Part shown: one piece after another, positions 11,150-24,800 of the stretch
Layout: every line of letters begins with the position of its first letter
Position numbering within the stretch: the stretch's first letter is position 1
Assembly (NCBI RefSeq): GCF_004010195.1
Contig: NC_057718.1
Coordinates: 36,279,188-36,343,187 of the forward strand
Reading direction: 5' to 3'
From: Chiloscyllium plagiosum
Lineage: Eukaryota
Length of the DNA stretch: 64,000 nt
Notes under the pieces: generated by a model
The model's input: the letters and a program-made list of their open reading frames with translations, nothing else
Told to the model about the DNA's origin: nothing
Databases searched by the model: none
Made by a program: the position numbers and the translations under genes

Positions 11150-12380
11150 AGGAGCATAGTCATGTTCCTGAGGGATATTTTAAATGTTCTCCTTGCTCGA
11201 TATCTCAGCTCCTAAATTTGGACTCTCTCCAATTCCCCAACACCAGCTCCTTTCTGGTCTCAGTATCTCTTCCTCCATCTCCTTGCACCTCCTGATATGT
11301 TTCATGATGCTGACCTTGTCCTCCTCTTCTAAATTCTATTGATGTCCGACTGAGCTCTGTGCATCTGTGCTGATGGCGTGCTTGACCTCTCTGATAGTGG
11401 TTACTCGGAGTGTAAGCCATCTCTGAGGTAAATGCAGCATCTGCATTCAGCTGCTTGTTAACTCTGCCATTGGCCTTGTGTAAGGGATAAACGGTAGGTT
11501 ACTCACCTTCCTCCATCTCAGCAGCGAATTGATCAGACATCTGTTAGCTTATCAAGTGCCATTTATTGAAAACAACTTCACAAATCTCCATGACAGCTTC
11601 TTGGAGCATTCCTCTCTCAGTCAGTCATCACTGACTGCCTATCTGTCTGCCACCCTGCAAAGATGAACAGTTACTTTCTTCTTGGGTGTCAATGTTGCTT
11701 GTTTGGCCACTTCACTTTTCAAAACAATTCATCTCATGGGTATGTGTCATCATACTCCTGCAACACAGCAGTCAGTTATACTTGCCATTTAACCATCATT
11801 ATCCGCAATGAGATGTGATGACCCTGGCTTTGCACAGATTAAAGTGATCCTCCCAAATTGCTCTCTTTCCAAGCCCACATAGCTTTAAACCCTTCCTTTG
11901 GTGACAGGATATACACTACCTCAGTCTTCCTATACATTGGCTGCCTTGAGACAGTCCTGATCAGAGCTTTGTTGTTACTTTAAGACCAAGTTGGCAGCTT
12001 GACGTTGCATGCTATTCACATTGTGAGAATTTCAATGGTTATTTTCAGCAGATCCAAGTCTTGTTAAAAGCTACTGACCTTTCTGTCAGGCTGCCTCCTT
12101 TCCAACTGATGGGCCTCCTCCTGCTACTCCATGAAAATAATGTATTCCTACTTGCTCTCACTGTTGTAGTAACATTTCTTGGAAGGTGATACTGACTACA
12201 GGACTGGCCAATCAGGACAGGCTGCCATGCTTATACCATAATAGCCCTTACGCTCAGGTCTGACATTGTCTACTTTAAAGTCTAATGGGTTACATTTAAT
12301 TGGAGCCCACCATACCTATCTTCCACCTCCTGTTCATGACTATGATGTGTTATTGGATGAATATTGTAGAAGCAACACAC
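11150..12380 (-). mobile_element. Possible highly degraded non-LTR retrotransposon RT region
   Basis: Only scattered RT-like peptides on the minus strand, e.g. CKARVIT near 11820; family not assignable. Confidence 0.25.
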
Positions 12381-12383
12381 CAA

Positions 12384-14185
12384 TTATAGAGTCATAGAGA
12401 CATAGAGGCAAACAGCACGGATAAAGACCCTTTGATCTAAATTGTCTGCACTGACCAGACATCCCAATTTGACCTTGTCCTGTTTGCCAACATTTGGCCC
12501 ATATCCCTCTAAACTCTTCTTATTCATATACCTGTCCAGATGCCCTTGAAACATTGTAATTGTACCCACCTCCACTACTTCCTCTGGTAGCTCGTTCCAT
12601 ACACATCACCCTCTGAGTGACAAAAGTTACCCCTCAGGTCCTTCTTAAATCTTTTCACTCTCATTTTAAACCTATTCCCTCGAGTTTTGGACTCCCCTAT
12701 CCTGGGAAAAAGACTTTGGGTATTCATCCTATCCATGCCCCTCATGATTTTATAAATTTCTATAAGGTCACTGCTCAGCTTCTGACACTCAGGGAAAAGC
12801 CCCACCTATTCAGCCTCTCCCTACAAGTCAAATTCTCCAGTCCCGCCAATATCTTTGTAAATCTTTTCTGAACCCTTTCAAGTTTAACAACATCCTTCCT
12901 ATAGAAGGGCGACCAGAATTTTACACAGTATTCTAAAAGTGGCCTCATCAATATCCTGTATATCCACAACATGACATTCCAACTCTTATACTCAATATCC
13001 TGACCAATGAAGGCAACTGTGCCAAACACCTTCATCACCACCCAGTCTACCTGCATTTTCACTTTCAAGGAACTATACACCTGGACCCATGTGTCCCTTT
13101 GTTCAGCAACACTCCCCAAGGTGAAGCAAACTAAGTCCTGCCTTAGTTTGCTTCACCAAAATGCAACACGTCTCACTTATCTAAATTAACCTCCATCTCC
13201 ACTCCTCAACCCATTATAATCCTGGATTTAGCGTGCTCACAACCTTGGCAAAGTCAATCACAGATCGTTTTCCATCTAGCTCTGCGTCATCAGCAAACTT
13301 GGATACTCCACACACCGAGAGGAAGTGAGGACTGCAGATGCTGGAGATCAGAGCCGAGAATGTGGTACTGGAAAAGCACAGCAGGTCAGGCAGCATCTGA
13401 GAGACAGGAGAATCGACATTTCGGGCACAAGTCCTTCAGTCACCTGAATCATTAATATATCCTGTAAATAGCTGATCCTTGGGATATCCCTCTAGAAAAA
13501 GCTAGTCAATCTGAAATAATGCATTTATTTCTACTGTTTTCTGACTTTATTAAACTCTCTAGACATGCTAATAGCTCACTCCAACCCCATAAGCTTGATG
13601 TGTTTAACAACCTTAAGTATAGTACCTTATCAAAAGTCACCTTAAAGTAAAAAACACTGCAGCTATTGCTCTATCTAACCCGCTAGTTACATCCTCAAAA
13701 AACAAAATAGATTATCAATCAAACACAGTATTCCTCTCATAAAACAATGTCAAGATTTTTTTTTCTCTAAAAGCTTGTATCTACTTCCTTAATAAAAGTT
13801 CTAGCATTTTCTCCAACAGTGTCAGGTTAACTGGTCTCGCATTCAGTTTTCTTCCTATGTCTTTTCTTGAATGGTCATGTCACATTTGCTGCTTTTCAAA
13901 CCATTGGGATTAATTCAGAATTGGGGAAGTTTTAGAGAATCACATTAATGTATTAATTATCTCTACAATCACCACTTTTGGAACTCAGAGATGTAGACCA
14001 TCAGGCCCAGAGGATTTGTTGGCTTTCAATTACAGTACATTTTAATTTGCTATCGTTAATTACTTTAAAATCCCCTCTGTCTTATCAGACTGTTGCTTTT
14101 CAACTATTTCTGGTCAGATTTTTGTTTCTTCCACACTGAAGATAGATATGAAATATTTCTTTAATGTCTCTGTTATTTCCTTGTC
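12384..14185 (-). mobile_element. CR1/HER1-like LINE 3' part (younger 12384 to about 13210, adjoining an older degraded CR1 to about 14185)
   Basis: RPLLEYCVKFWSPFYRKDVVKLERVQKRFT, DLIEIYKIMRG, SKFADDA; 3' tail of TCTATGAC-like repeats. Confidence 0.85.
13317..13440 (-). mobile_element. Solo PLE pLTR fragment (family B) with degraded hammerhead
   Basis: Clearly homologous to 49551-49683 and to the reverse complement of 25962-26083. Confidence 0.8.
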
Positions 14186-15146
14186 ATTATACAGGTATGC
14201 TAAATTCTCTTTAATAGTCACTGCAATATTTTTTTTTAAAATACATACATTTGATGTTTAATTTGATGTGAATTAATGGATAGTTGTCAGCATATTATTT
14301 AATACAATATTCCGTAACAGATCCTCCTGTGCGCTTTGAATTTCCTGATGGAAATAGAATTGCATTCACGAGAGATGGCTGCTTTTCCTGTGCTGAACCA
14401 TCTGCTTCATGATGCATATAAAGTCAATGTCAACAAATAGACAAAGATAGGTGATGTCAGATAGAAACTCAAAATGTATCAGCAGAATGTAAAGCAATGT
14501 TTATTGCATTATTTGTTTTGCAAGATTAAAATGATTTAACTGTGTGGGAGTTGTGCAGATGAAGGTTGCAGTGAATGATTCAGTAGGTAATATGTAGCAA
14601 GAGGAGACATAAAACCTAATGTGAGATGTGAATGCTCATTAATTCCAAAGCTTTGGTGCAAAAATAAAATCCACACTGTGTCGTTTACTGTAGACCTTTC
14701 ATATAAATTCAGGAAAAAAGAAAAAGATGGAAACTCAGTACAATTGATTTTAACCAAGATATTGGCCCTCAATTTTTTTCGACTTTCTTTTGTAGCCATA
14801 ACTTAATCAGAAGAGCAATTTAAATCTTTGTGTGAGCAAATTTCCTGCTGCACTTCCCATGAAAATATGGCAGCACACAGGAAGAAAGTCAGGAAGTTCA
14901 AAGCAAATGCTTATTGAAGAATAGTCCCACCTGAAGCTTGTTCTTTTCATGTGATCGAACAGCAATTATATTTTCACACCACATCTAAAAGTGCAGCAGG
15001 AGCCTGTAGTGAGTATAGCTGTTTCATTAGAGTGCACAATTTTCTGAGAATCCCTGCTGTGTGGACTTTCATTGCATCCTTCTAATTGAGGAACTGTAGA
15101 GCTGTACAATGTTTGATTGTGTGCTGCAGTTCACGCAGGGAGTCAG

Positions 15147-15518
15147 TATTTTTGTTAATTCATTTCCAGGACCTGGATTTCACTGGCCAGACCAACATTT
15201 CTTACCCATCCCTAATTGGCCGGGGGGCAGTTGGGAGTCAAACACATTGCTGTGGATATGAAGTCACATGTAGGCCAGACCAGGTAGGGATGACAGATTT
15301 TGTTCCTTAATGGACTTTAGAAAACCAGTTGGGCTTTTCCCAACAATTGGCAGTGGCTTTATGATCATCATTAGACTCTAAATTGCAGGGTTTTTTTATA
15401 TTGAACTCAGGTTACACCATCTGCCATAACAGGATTTGAACCTGGGTCCCCACAATATTATCTGGGTCTCTGGATTAATATTCTGGTGAAAATGCCATTG
15501 GGCCATCGTCATCCCTTA
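15147..15518 (-). mobile_element. tRNA-derived SacSINE1/Deu-domain-like SINE
   Basis: Minus-strand A/B-box-like head (GGTTCAAATCC), body shared with 16565-16850 and 59805-60150, tail AATTAGGGATGGG..GAATTAA. Confidence 0.65.
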
Positions 15519-17025
15519 ATGCTGTGGTAACATACATGTCTACATGTATGATGTAGTCTGGAGCTATAGATGGTGATCAGGGAAGATCCAACTTCTTTTC
15601 AACCACCAAAATCTCTCATAATATTACCATTTGCCTTTGATGTGTGCCTTTTGCAGGTTGATACTCAGTCTGTTTAGCCATGTAATGGATACACGTTGTA
15701 TAAGAAGTTGTACTTAAGCTTGGAGTTTCTGATTCAGAGGCAGGGATACGACTGACAATGCTACAAGACCTTCATTATGAAATCAAAGACAAGAGGATAA
15801 TCAATAAGAGTTAGATTTCTGTAAGAGAGTACCAGACTATTAGTAAAGCCAGAAATGTGGAGCTAAATATCTGCTGCAGCCTCCTGAATTACTGTGTCAG
15901 CATCATATTCTTTTTTGGAAAATATTGAAGTAGAACATTGATTAGAATTTTCCCTGCCCATTACTGAAGATAATGGATACTCAAAGAAGTAACCTCATTG
16001 AGTCATTTGAATGACGTCATTAACCACAGGAGCAGTTTTGAAATGTAATTTGATCTTTGGGCAGATTTTGCAGTCTTGATGTCATTCCAGGCTTTTCATT
16101 ATTTTTGCAATACATTCAGTGCTGAAATGAGCCATTTTTATCAATTTTGAGTATGTTTCCTATTTGCAGCTCTCCCAGTCAATCTTGACAGTCAACACAT
16201 CACTGATTCTTTCATGTGGATGTTCTCAGGCAATGAAACAAAACACTGAAGTCATGAAGTGATGAGTGATTGATAAGTCGGTGGATTTGTTTTCCTCACA
16301 GAGATTTAACCAATAAGCAATTAGTCAGCTTGCCTCAGTGGTCAGGTGTTAACAGGATATTAAGTTCCCTTTCCTTTAAGCTGCAAACCTAATTACACTG
16401 TACATAAATAAACTTATACTGCAGGGAAGTTTTCAGCACAATCTTACTCTGTCTCACCTTGGTGTTAGAAAACACAATCTCTTAACCTGTGGAGATCCCA
16501 GAATCTGACACCATCAGAACCTATCAAGTTCCATTTGTGTTAGTATTCTCAACTGAGTGGGACATAATGGTGTCATGCTAGTATCACTTGTCTGGTCATC
16601 TAGAGAGCCGGGCTGCCAAGCCGGGGATGTGCATTCAAAACCCATTAAGTCAGATGGTGAAATCTGAATCAATGAATAAATCTGGAATGAAAAGCTTGTC
16701 TAATTGTATTGATCAAGTGATTGTTGTAAAAATCCATTTGGTTCACTAATGTCCCTTCCAGGAATTAAATCTACTATCCCTACCTGATCTGACCTACCCA
16801 AGACTCCAGTTTCAGATCAATGTTATTGACTCCTAAATGACCAGCAAGCCAGTCGGTTGTATGAAAGAATTAGAGACTCAAAAAAAGTAATGACTCTGAC
16901 TGATCACCCAACATTAGCTCGTAGCACTGAGGACAATAAACCAAACCTGGCCTGTGGGCCCTGCAAAGTCCACCCAACTAAATCTGCCAAATTTGGGAAA
17001 GCTGACCCACAATGTCACTAGCAGG

Positions 17026-17131
17026 ACATGGTTTTGAGGAGCCGATTTTGGAATGAGTGTGAGCATGTGAGTGTACCCATGAGGATGGCCTCAACTTTTC
17101 AATCACTCATCACTCGAATTGCACTATATAC

Positions 17132-17215
<84 letters not shown>

Positions 17216-17926
17216 TTTCTTACATACTCATGCAGACCCTCTCTCATGCGCACACACACACATACATCCCCCCACACTCATTCTCTCACACACAAACACA
17301 CACACACACACACCCTCTCACAGGCTTATATGCTATCACACTAACACACACACATCACCATACTTGCATACATACAAAAACACATTTTCTCACATGTACC
17401 CACACTCACTTTGTCTCTCCCTCTCCTGCACATGCACACATATGTAAGTCTATGGGGTGAATTTATATTTGCAGATACATTCTATTTTGCTCAAAAAAAT
17501 GCAGAATCTGCAAGCAGTTGATGCAGGCAGTCAAGCCATCCAATATCTTCTAAATTCCACTTTGGAAATAGAACCAGCCTGACTCAAGGTTAGGATACAA
17601 ACACACTCTAACCTCACACCTTTAATGCATTGTCTGAGCTGAGATGTCTCCTTTTGTTATAAAACCTTGTTATCTTGAGAATGTGACTTAAAAGAAGTTC
17701 TGGGATTTACATATTAAAGAACCGAAACCAGTAAACCAGTTCTAAAAGATGAAAATATTTAACAATGTAAGTTTGTTCAGTGCATTATTGTATCATTGTA
17801 ATCTTTTGCTGTCAATTCTGTGTTTTATGTCCTGCTTTACAACCACCTGATGAAGAAGTAGCACTTTGAAAGCTAGTCCTTCCAAATAAACCTGTTCGAC
17901 TGTAACCTGGTGTTGTGTGATTTTTA
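17026..17926 (+). mobile_element. Penelope-like element (family A) 3' region with internal (TC)n(CA)n microsatellite
   Basis: Colinear with 58971-59766; ends CCTGATGAAG..GAAAGCTAG..CCTGGTGTTGTGTGATTTTTA. Confidence 0.8.
17151..17442 (+). repeat. Compound (TCTG)n/(TC)n/(CA)n microsatellite
   Basis: Visible dinucleotide runs. Confidence 0.95.
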
Positions 17927-18741
17927 TCTTGCAGGAAAGACAGAGGTGGTTGTACAGTTTTATATAAATCAGGAGGGAGTTGTCCTAGAGTTCTCAATGC
18001 TAACTGTGGGTTCCATGAAAACTCATGGTATCAAACCTGGGCAAGGGGATATCCTGCTGATTACCATCTACACAGCCCCTCACCCAATGAGCTAATATAC
18101 CAGCAAGCCAAATACCAGTTGGAAGAAGTACAGAGGATGGCAAGGACACAGAAAGTAGCAATGAGGAATTAACAAGAGGAAAATACCTACTTGATATCAG
18201 TCTCACCAATTTATCTGCTGCAGATATAACTGTCCATGATGGTCTCAGGAGGAATGACAACTGCACAGTCCCTGAGGAGACAAAGTCTTAATTTGACATG
18301 TGACAAAACACCACACGTATCCCCATTCTCAATGATGAGGAAGCTGAGGACAGCAGTGAAAAATACAAGGCTGAACCATTTGCATCCATCTTCAGGCTGA
18401 GCTATTAAATGGATAATCTATCTTGTGCTCCTCTGCAGATGTACAGCTACACAATTGCCAGTCTTCAGCCAATATCCAGGTTTGGACTAACAAGTGGCAT
18501 GTAACATTCATGTCACATGAATGCCAATTAATGGCTATCTGCAACAGAGAGAGTATCTAACTAACATGCCTGACATTTAATGGCGTTATCATCACCAATA
18601 TCAATATCAATCTCTGAGGGTTATCATTGATCAGAAACTGAACTGGACCAGCAACTTGAATACACTAAGAGTGGGTCAGAAGCCAGGAATCTGCAGTGAG
18701 TAACTCTCCCCTTGTCTCTCCAGGCACAAGTCAGGAATGTG

Positions 18742-18872
18742 GGTTCTGAGGCAGGGTCACTCGACTCAAAGACAGTAACTCTGGTTTCTCTTCACATACA
18801 CTGCCAGACCTGCTAGGTTTCTCCACCAATTTCTGTTTTGTTTCAGATTTCAAGCATCCACTGTTCTTTGTT
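18742..18872 (+). mobile_element. Solo PLE pLTR fragment (family C), degraded hammerhead
   Basis: TTCTGAGGCAGGGTCACTCGACTC..CTGCCAGACCTGCT..CAGCATCC-like; homologous to 28912-29046 and 47033-47160. Confidence 0.7.
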
Positions 18873-21379
18873 TAATTCAGGAGTGAGATGGATTACTTTC
18901 CACTCCTTTGAGAATTCTCAACAATACCCAAGAAGCTTGACACTATCCAGGACAAATAAGCTTTTATCCACCATCTTCAATATTCACCTCCTGCACCACT
19001 GAGAAACAGAAGCAAAAGTGTGCACCAGATACAAGATGCACTGTAACAATGCACCCAGGCTCCTTTTCCAAAATTGCAGCCACCTAAAAGGGCAGTGACA
19101 GCAAATGCATGGGAACGTCACCACTTGCAAGATGCCCTCTGAGACACAGATCATCCTAATGCTGTTTCTTCATGGCTGCTGGGTCAAAATTCTGGAATTC
19201 CATTCCCTACACTGCCCCTGCACCCTAGTAGTTCAAGAAAGCAATTCACCTTCTCAAGGGCAATTCAGAATGGGCAACGAATTCTGCCCGAACCAACAAT
19301 GCTCACATCCCATAACTGAATAAAGAAAAGCACTGTACTACTTTATCATTCACAATTACAAGATCAAACTGCCATAAGTTTTGCAAGACAAATTTGTTGT
19401 GCCATTATGTTGCTAAGGAGTTGAAGATGTTTATAGGCATTTATCCATGATAGAACTCATTTCTCAGTTTGCTGACACAGGAAAAGAAGAAGGTAATTCG
19501 ATCCCTTGAGCCTGTTTCTTCCTCAGGAAAAGTCTTATTTGTTTCATAATCTTTGAATTCCTACTAAGTTTGCTCTTAATTTAATGTCAGAACATTAGGT
19601 AACCATTGGAGGGCGGCCTGAATATTGCTTTTGATGAGTAGCTGAACACATAATGTCCCCAGTGAGTTTTGTATTGTTAGTCATTTGGTTCATAGTTAAG
19701 AAACTGATGGCGAGCAGTTGAAATTCTCCCACATATTTGTTTGCCCAGCTCACTAGTGAGTTTAAATTCACCACAGTCATGATTAGCCATGTAACAGCAG
19801 TTTTCAAACTGTTGAGGGTAGGGATAGGAGGTAAATCAGTAAGTTTGACATTTCAAAGTGATTAATTAAAGTTTGTAATTGCTGTATAAGTGTATTATTC
19901 CTAATGACGATCATTCTTTAACCTATTTGCAGTTTCACTGACTATAGCTGAAGTCATAGGCTGAAATGTGTGCTCCTGATATTACTGTCCCTTGTGCTCT
20001 AAGTATGGTCTGTTGCTTGTCATAAAGTGAAGAGTAGAGTTGGGAATATGTTAGGCCAGGTCTATGTCTTCTATGTTGCTTTGGGATATCCAGGGACAAT
20101 GTTCAGAGCAGGCACAGTCTTCAAGTGAGAAAATAGGATCCTAATAAGATTTCCAATCCAATTTTCTCCAATATATCACTTATTAGTGATTAGTTTTATC
20201 AAGACCATTGAGTTCAGAATAAGATAAGATGTGATTTTGTTTTGGGAGATTCTTTAGGGATCTCTAGACCTGACGATATTTTGGCTCCAACATTGGATAG
20301 CGGATTGATGATGCGAACACTGGTGTACACGCCTGTTGCTTAAACAGACCTTTGCAGCTGTATTTCTACTCAAATCTGAAAGCAGGCTACTGACAAGAGC
20401 TGGTTTGTCCAGCTGAGATGGAGAAGACTGGGAGAAAACTCAGGCCAGTATTCTTCCAGCTCCCTAGAGATAGAATGGCAGCATTAAATCAATTGCAAAA
20501 TAAGCCAAAAAAAAGAGATAATGTCTTCCTGTTGAGCTTTAGGTAATAATCTATTGCACAGGAAAAGGAATGCGTTGTCTAGTTGGAAGTGAGAAGTCAG
20601 GCTCACATATAAAAATGGCCAGAGGTGCCAAACCCAGAGACAATTAACTCCAAAATGCAGCAATCTTACCTCACAATATTCACTTGATGCCAAAGTTGCT
20701 CTGTTTTAATGCTTCCTTAACGCTTGTTAAATTGCTTAGGGCATGTCTGTTGTATAGACAAGAAAGTGTTCCATGCATCATTTCAAAGCTTAAAGCAATA
20801 GCATTTAATGAAACTTTCAACATTCAGTTGTGAATGAACAGATATCTCACTTTGATTACATATTCTAATACCTTGCTATAAGCGAACAATCCAATATTGT
20901 GCTGGGTTAAAAGTTCATCCTGGGCCATTTTCAGACATAGGGCTCACAGTTTGCCACCTGTTTGTACATGTTTCACTGAACCAGTGGGGAAATGCTTGCA
21001 TCTTCTGAGTCCTGTAGAAGATTTGGATCTCTCAATCATGGTAGCTACTGCAATAGAGGCTGGAGCAAGCAGCATCATTTAGAACATTGAGGCAATGATG
21101 TGTTTCTGCTATATGCCCCTTCTCATATTCTCGCATATCCTTATTATGTTACCAAGCCTAATGATCAAGTTATTGTTGGTCAACTATGGATATCTTGCTT
21201 TCCACCCAGCCCTTGCTTCAATTCAACCTTGTGCTTTCTGATTTCCAGAAAACCCAGGATGTACTGCTTTCTTGTTCATAACACTCCCAGGATGATAGGG
21301 AAAAGTGTGAAGAAATTTATTTGTATACATATATATTAGTTTGGGAGTTTGGATTTCAAAATAGTGGCATATGAGGGAT

Positions 21380-21860
21380 GGTATCAGGCTTTTGAAATGA
21401 AGCAGGAACATAAGAGTTCTCAAAGATAGCAGCATCATGGCAGCTTCTGGTGTAATCATCTATGTGGCACTGATGATCACAGATCACTTTGTGCAGTGAT
21501 GGCACAGAACCCTTTTCTATTGATGAAGTCAGCCATATTCTGATTATAGTACTTTCAAAATGACATCCTCTACCTGGGAGATGCCAGCTATGTTGCCAGT
21601 CCATGCTGCAGCACTGATCTCATCATGGGGATGCAAAGTGAAGCAGTGTGACCTGGCACAAACTGGACCAGTAAGAGCCTTGGTACATTTGTCGGTGGAT
21701 AAGACACAAGGTACCGAGTTGATCCTTGGAAGGAGCCTGTTGCATATAAAGCTAGCACAGCTGTCACCTTGAAGGTCACCAGGAGTGGATGGTCACCCCT
21801 CCTTCAGGTGATAGGGTGGACTTCAGCAGATGGCACAGCTCTGTGACAGCCTCACAATGT
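21380..21860 (-). mobile_element. Harbinger transposase (HARBI1-like) remnant; related degraded sequence may extend to about 23600
   Basis: KVTAVLALYATGSFQGS (ORF 21588-21779) plus FINRKGF and VICDHQ in adjacent frames are conserved Harbinger nuclease motifs. Confidence 0.7.
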
Positions 21861-24800
21861 GCCAGCTCATTTGGCCCTCCTCAAATTTCCTGCACCTTCA
21901 TTGTCCATGGAAGGAGGACATTCAGCCATCAAGTCTGCACTGACCCATGTGCTCAGATGGATAAAACCACTTACTCCGCCTATTCCTGGTATAGTATGGC
22001 CATTTCTCATTTCCATCATGCATTTACAATTTAAATGAAGATGGAAGGTGACACACTCAGAAATAGTTTCAAACTCAGCCTGGTATCCAGGAGAACCCTC
22101 AAACATTCATATTCCTTTCTCACTTATACTCTCTATTGACATCGTAAGTTCTGGGCTCCCCCACATTCCCACCTAATACTTTCATTTAAGTCTTTATCTT
22201 CCAACATTACCCAGGCTTCCAGGTTGACCATGTAAACTATCAGAATGGACTGTCTCAGCCTCAAAGCCAGGGTGGTGACTATTGATGATATCACCTTCCA
22301 GTAGTAACCTCCAATGTCCTATTATTGTCATCCACCCTCATATGTTCAGTTGGCCCTGTCATAAAAATTGTCCCATTTTCAACCCAGCATGCTGTCCCCA
22401 ATCCTCACAACTTCTCTAACACAACAGTGATCGCTGATAACCCACCTTGACTTTCAGTCAACAGGCCCCCGGGACTGACCATGGTCAAGCACTTGATGGG
22501 CTTGGACAGACAGCCCCAACTCGATCCCTGACCAATATCAGAGCAGATTCCCAACTGATTTACCAGTAACTCCCCATCTGGTTACACTGGATCTGCAGGA
22601 CTGACTGTGACTATAATAATACAGAACCCCTGATCCTGGTTGCTCCAAATAGTTTACTGACTATATCCAAGACCCAGGACAGAGATCAGACACTGCCCTT
22701 GACAGATTGTGGTGGGAAACCTAACTGACACCAGTTCCCCTTGGTTTGACCCAGAACAGCTCCCCTTAGACTTTGAGCTGTAGTTATTTGGCTGAAGCAC
22801 ATACAGTGTGTTTGTCGCATAAACCTCTAGTCCATGTCGTCGGTGTGATACTGACATCGCAAGGTGCCCTACAGCAATGTGTCCACCCCCTTCACTGGTC
22901 ACTGCCTGACAACCAAGCCTGGCATTGTGTTTGCAATAGAAGGCAAGGCAATCCAGAAATATTGTGAGCTGTAAGTTCTAAATGAGGTAGCAAGGTGCAA
23001 AAAGGTAAGACAAGACAAGGCAGAGATGTTGCAAGTATCCAAAAAGGTCAAAGTGAGTGAGTGCTGAGAAAGCAAGTAAAGAGTCCTGAGATTTATCCTG
23101 TTGTAATGTAATGTATGTCCCTGGGCATAAGGTGGCCTGGTACCATCATTGCAATGAGAGATGTCACTGTGTTCCAAAGGACATCTTTAAAGTGAAGAAC
23201 ACATTCTAAATGAGTCTGACGGGGACTATGATGATGTGATAAGGCAGGTACATGTCCGATGCTAACTATGTGACCACGTGTTCAGGCTGTCACCATGCAG
23301 GGAGCATATCCTGGGACTGCTGACCAAGGTGGGGACCTGGAGAAGCAAGCAATGAGCTGGAACCACCAGGTACCTGCTCTAAGTTTCATGTCAGGAATTG
23401 TCACTATCTAGTTTCTCTCCATGGTGTGGGAGAATGAGGAACTTAATATCAATGAAGCAAGAATAGGTAATAATGAAATGTTAGTGCATGGAAATGAGAC
23501 TCTCACCTTTCACTAGTGAAATCCTCATCTGTCCATTCAAGCGTGGAAAATTGAACGATTTTGCTCACTCTACATTGACCACATTGTGAATTCTGCTCGG
23601 TTTAAAATTTATCAAGCCAGATTTCATTGTCTTGTAGAATCTTGAGTTGGAATCATAACAAGAGCACTGATGAAGAGTCCCATTACGTGGCTTGACACCA
23701 ACTCAGGTCCTGCTACTGCATGTATAAAAGCTGGTATAGGGTTATGGGCTGCACCAGATCACCCATTGAGCAACGAGGCACAATTGTGTTTAAGAAAGTA
23801 CCTTTGTACGCTGTGGCTGATTGTACTCATTACATTGAGTGTCATTAAATGTAAAAAGAATTTGTGGGAATTAGCCATTTTCACACATCACACATGACAT
23901 GCTGTCAGATATGTAGAGCTGGAATTAGAGTCATAGAAAGGAAACAGACCTTCGGTCCAACCCGTCCATGCTGACCAGATATCCCAACCCAATCGAGTCC
24001 CATCTGCCAGCACCCGGCCCATAACCCTCCAAACCCTTCCTATTCATACACCTATCCAAATGCCTCTTAAATGTTGCAATTGTACCAGCCTCCACCACTT
24101 CTTCTGGCAGCTCATTCCATACGCGTATCACCTTCTGTGTGAAAAGGGTACCCCTTAGGTCTCTTTCCCCTCTCACCCTAAACCTATGCCCTCTAGTGCT
24201 GGACTCACCGATCCCAGGGAAAAGTCTTTGTCTATTTATCCTATCCATGTCCCACATAATTTTGTAAACTTCTACAAGGTCATCCCTCAGCCTTTGACGA
24301 TACAGGGAAAACAGCCCCAGCCTGTTCAGCCTCTGCATTTAGCTCAAATCCTCCAACCCTGGCAACATCCTCGTAAATCTTTTCTGAACCCTTTCAAGTT
24401 TCACAGCATCTTTCCAATAGGAAGGAGACCAGAATTGCACGCAATATTCCAACAGTGGCCTAACCAATGTCCTGTACAACCGCATCATGACCTCCCAACT
24501 CCTGTACTCAATACTCTGACCAATAGAGGAAAGCATACCAAACGCCTCCTTTACTATCCCATTTACCTGCGACTCCACTTTCAAGTAGCTATGGACATGT
24601 ACTCCAAGGTCTCTTTGTTCAGCAACATTCCCTAGGACCTTACTATTAAGTGTATAAGTCCTACTAAGATTTGCTTTCCCAAAATGCAGCACCTGGCTTT
24701 TATCTGAATTAAACTCCATCTGCCACTTCTCAGCCCATTGGCCCATCTGGTCAAGATCCTGTTGTAATCTGAGGTGACCCTCTTTGCCGTCCACTATACC

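Larger units (their letters stand above)
16560..19330 (+). mobile_element. Degraded LINE (CR1/L2 group) with a SINE-like 5' head, interrupted by PLE pieces at 17026-17926 and 18742-18872
   Basis: APE-like peptides GQGDILLITIY and TRGKYLLDISLTN; RT-like remnants 18300-19050; 3' tail CAAGGGCAATT..CACATCCC..GAATAAA shared with the SINEs. Confidence 0.6.

Noticed and set aside
14321..14450. Possible plus-strand exon (PPVRFEFPDGNRIAFTRDGCFSCAEPSAS)
   Set aside because: Weak polypyrimidine tract and donor, stops in all frames before the donor, no recognisable homology.
17028..17460. His/Thr and Leu/Ser-rich ORFs here and at 59102-59380
   Set aside because: Translations of microsatellites within PLEs.
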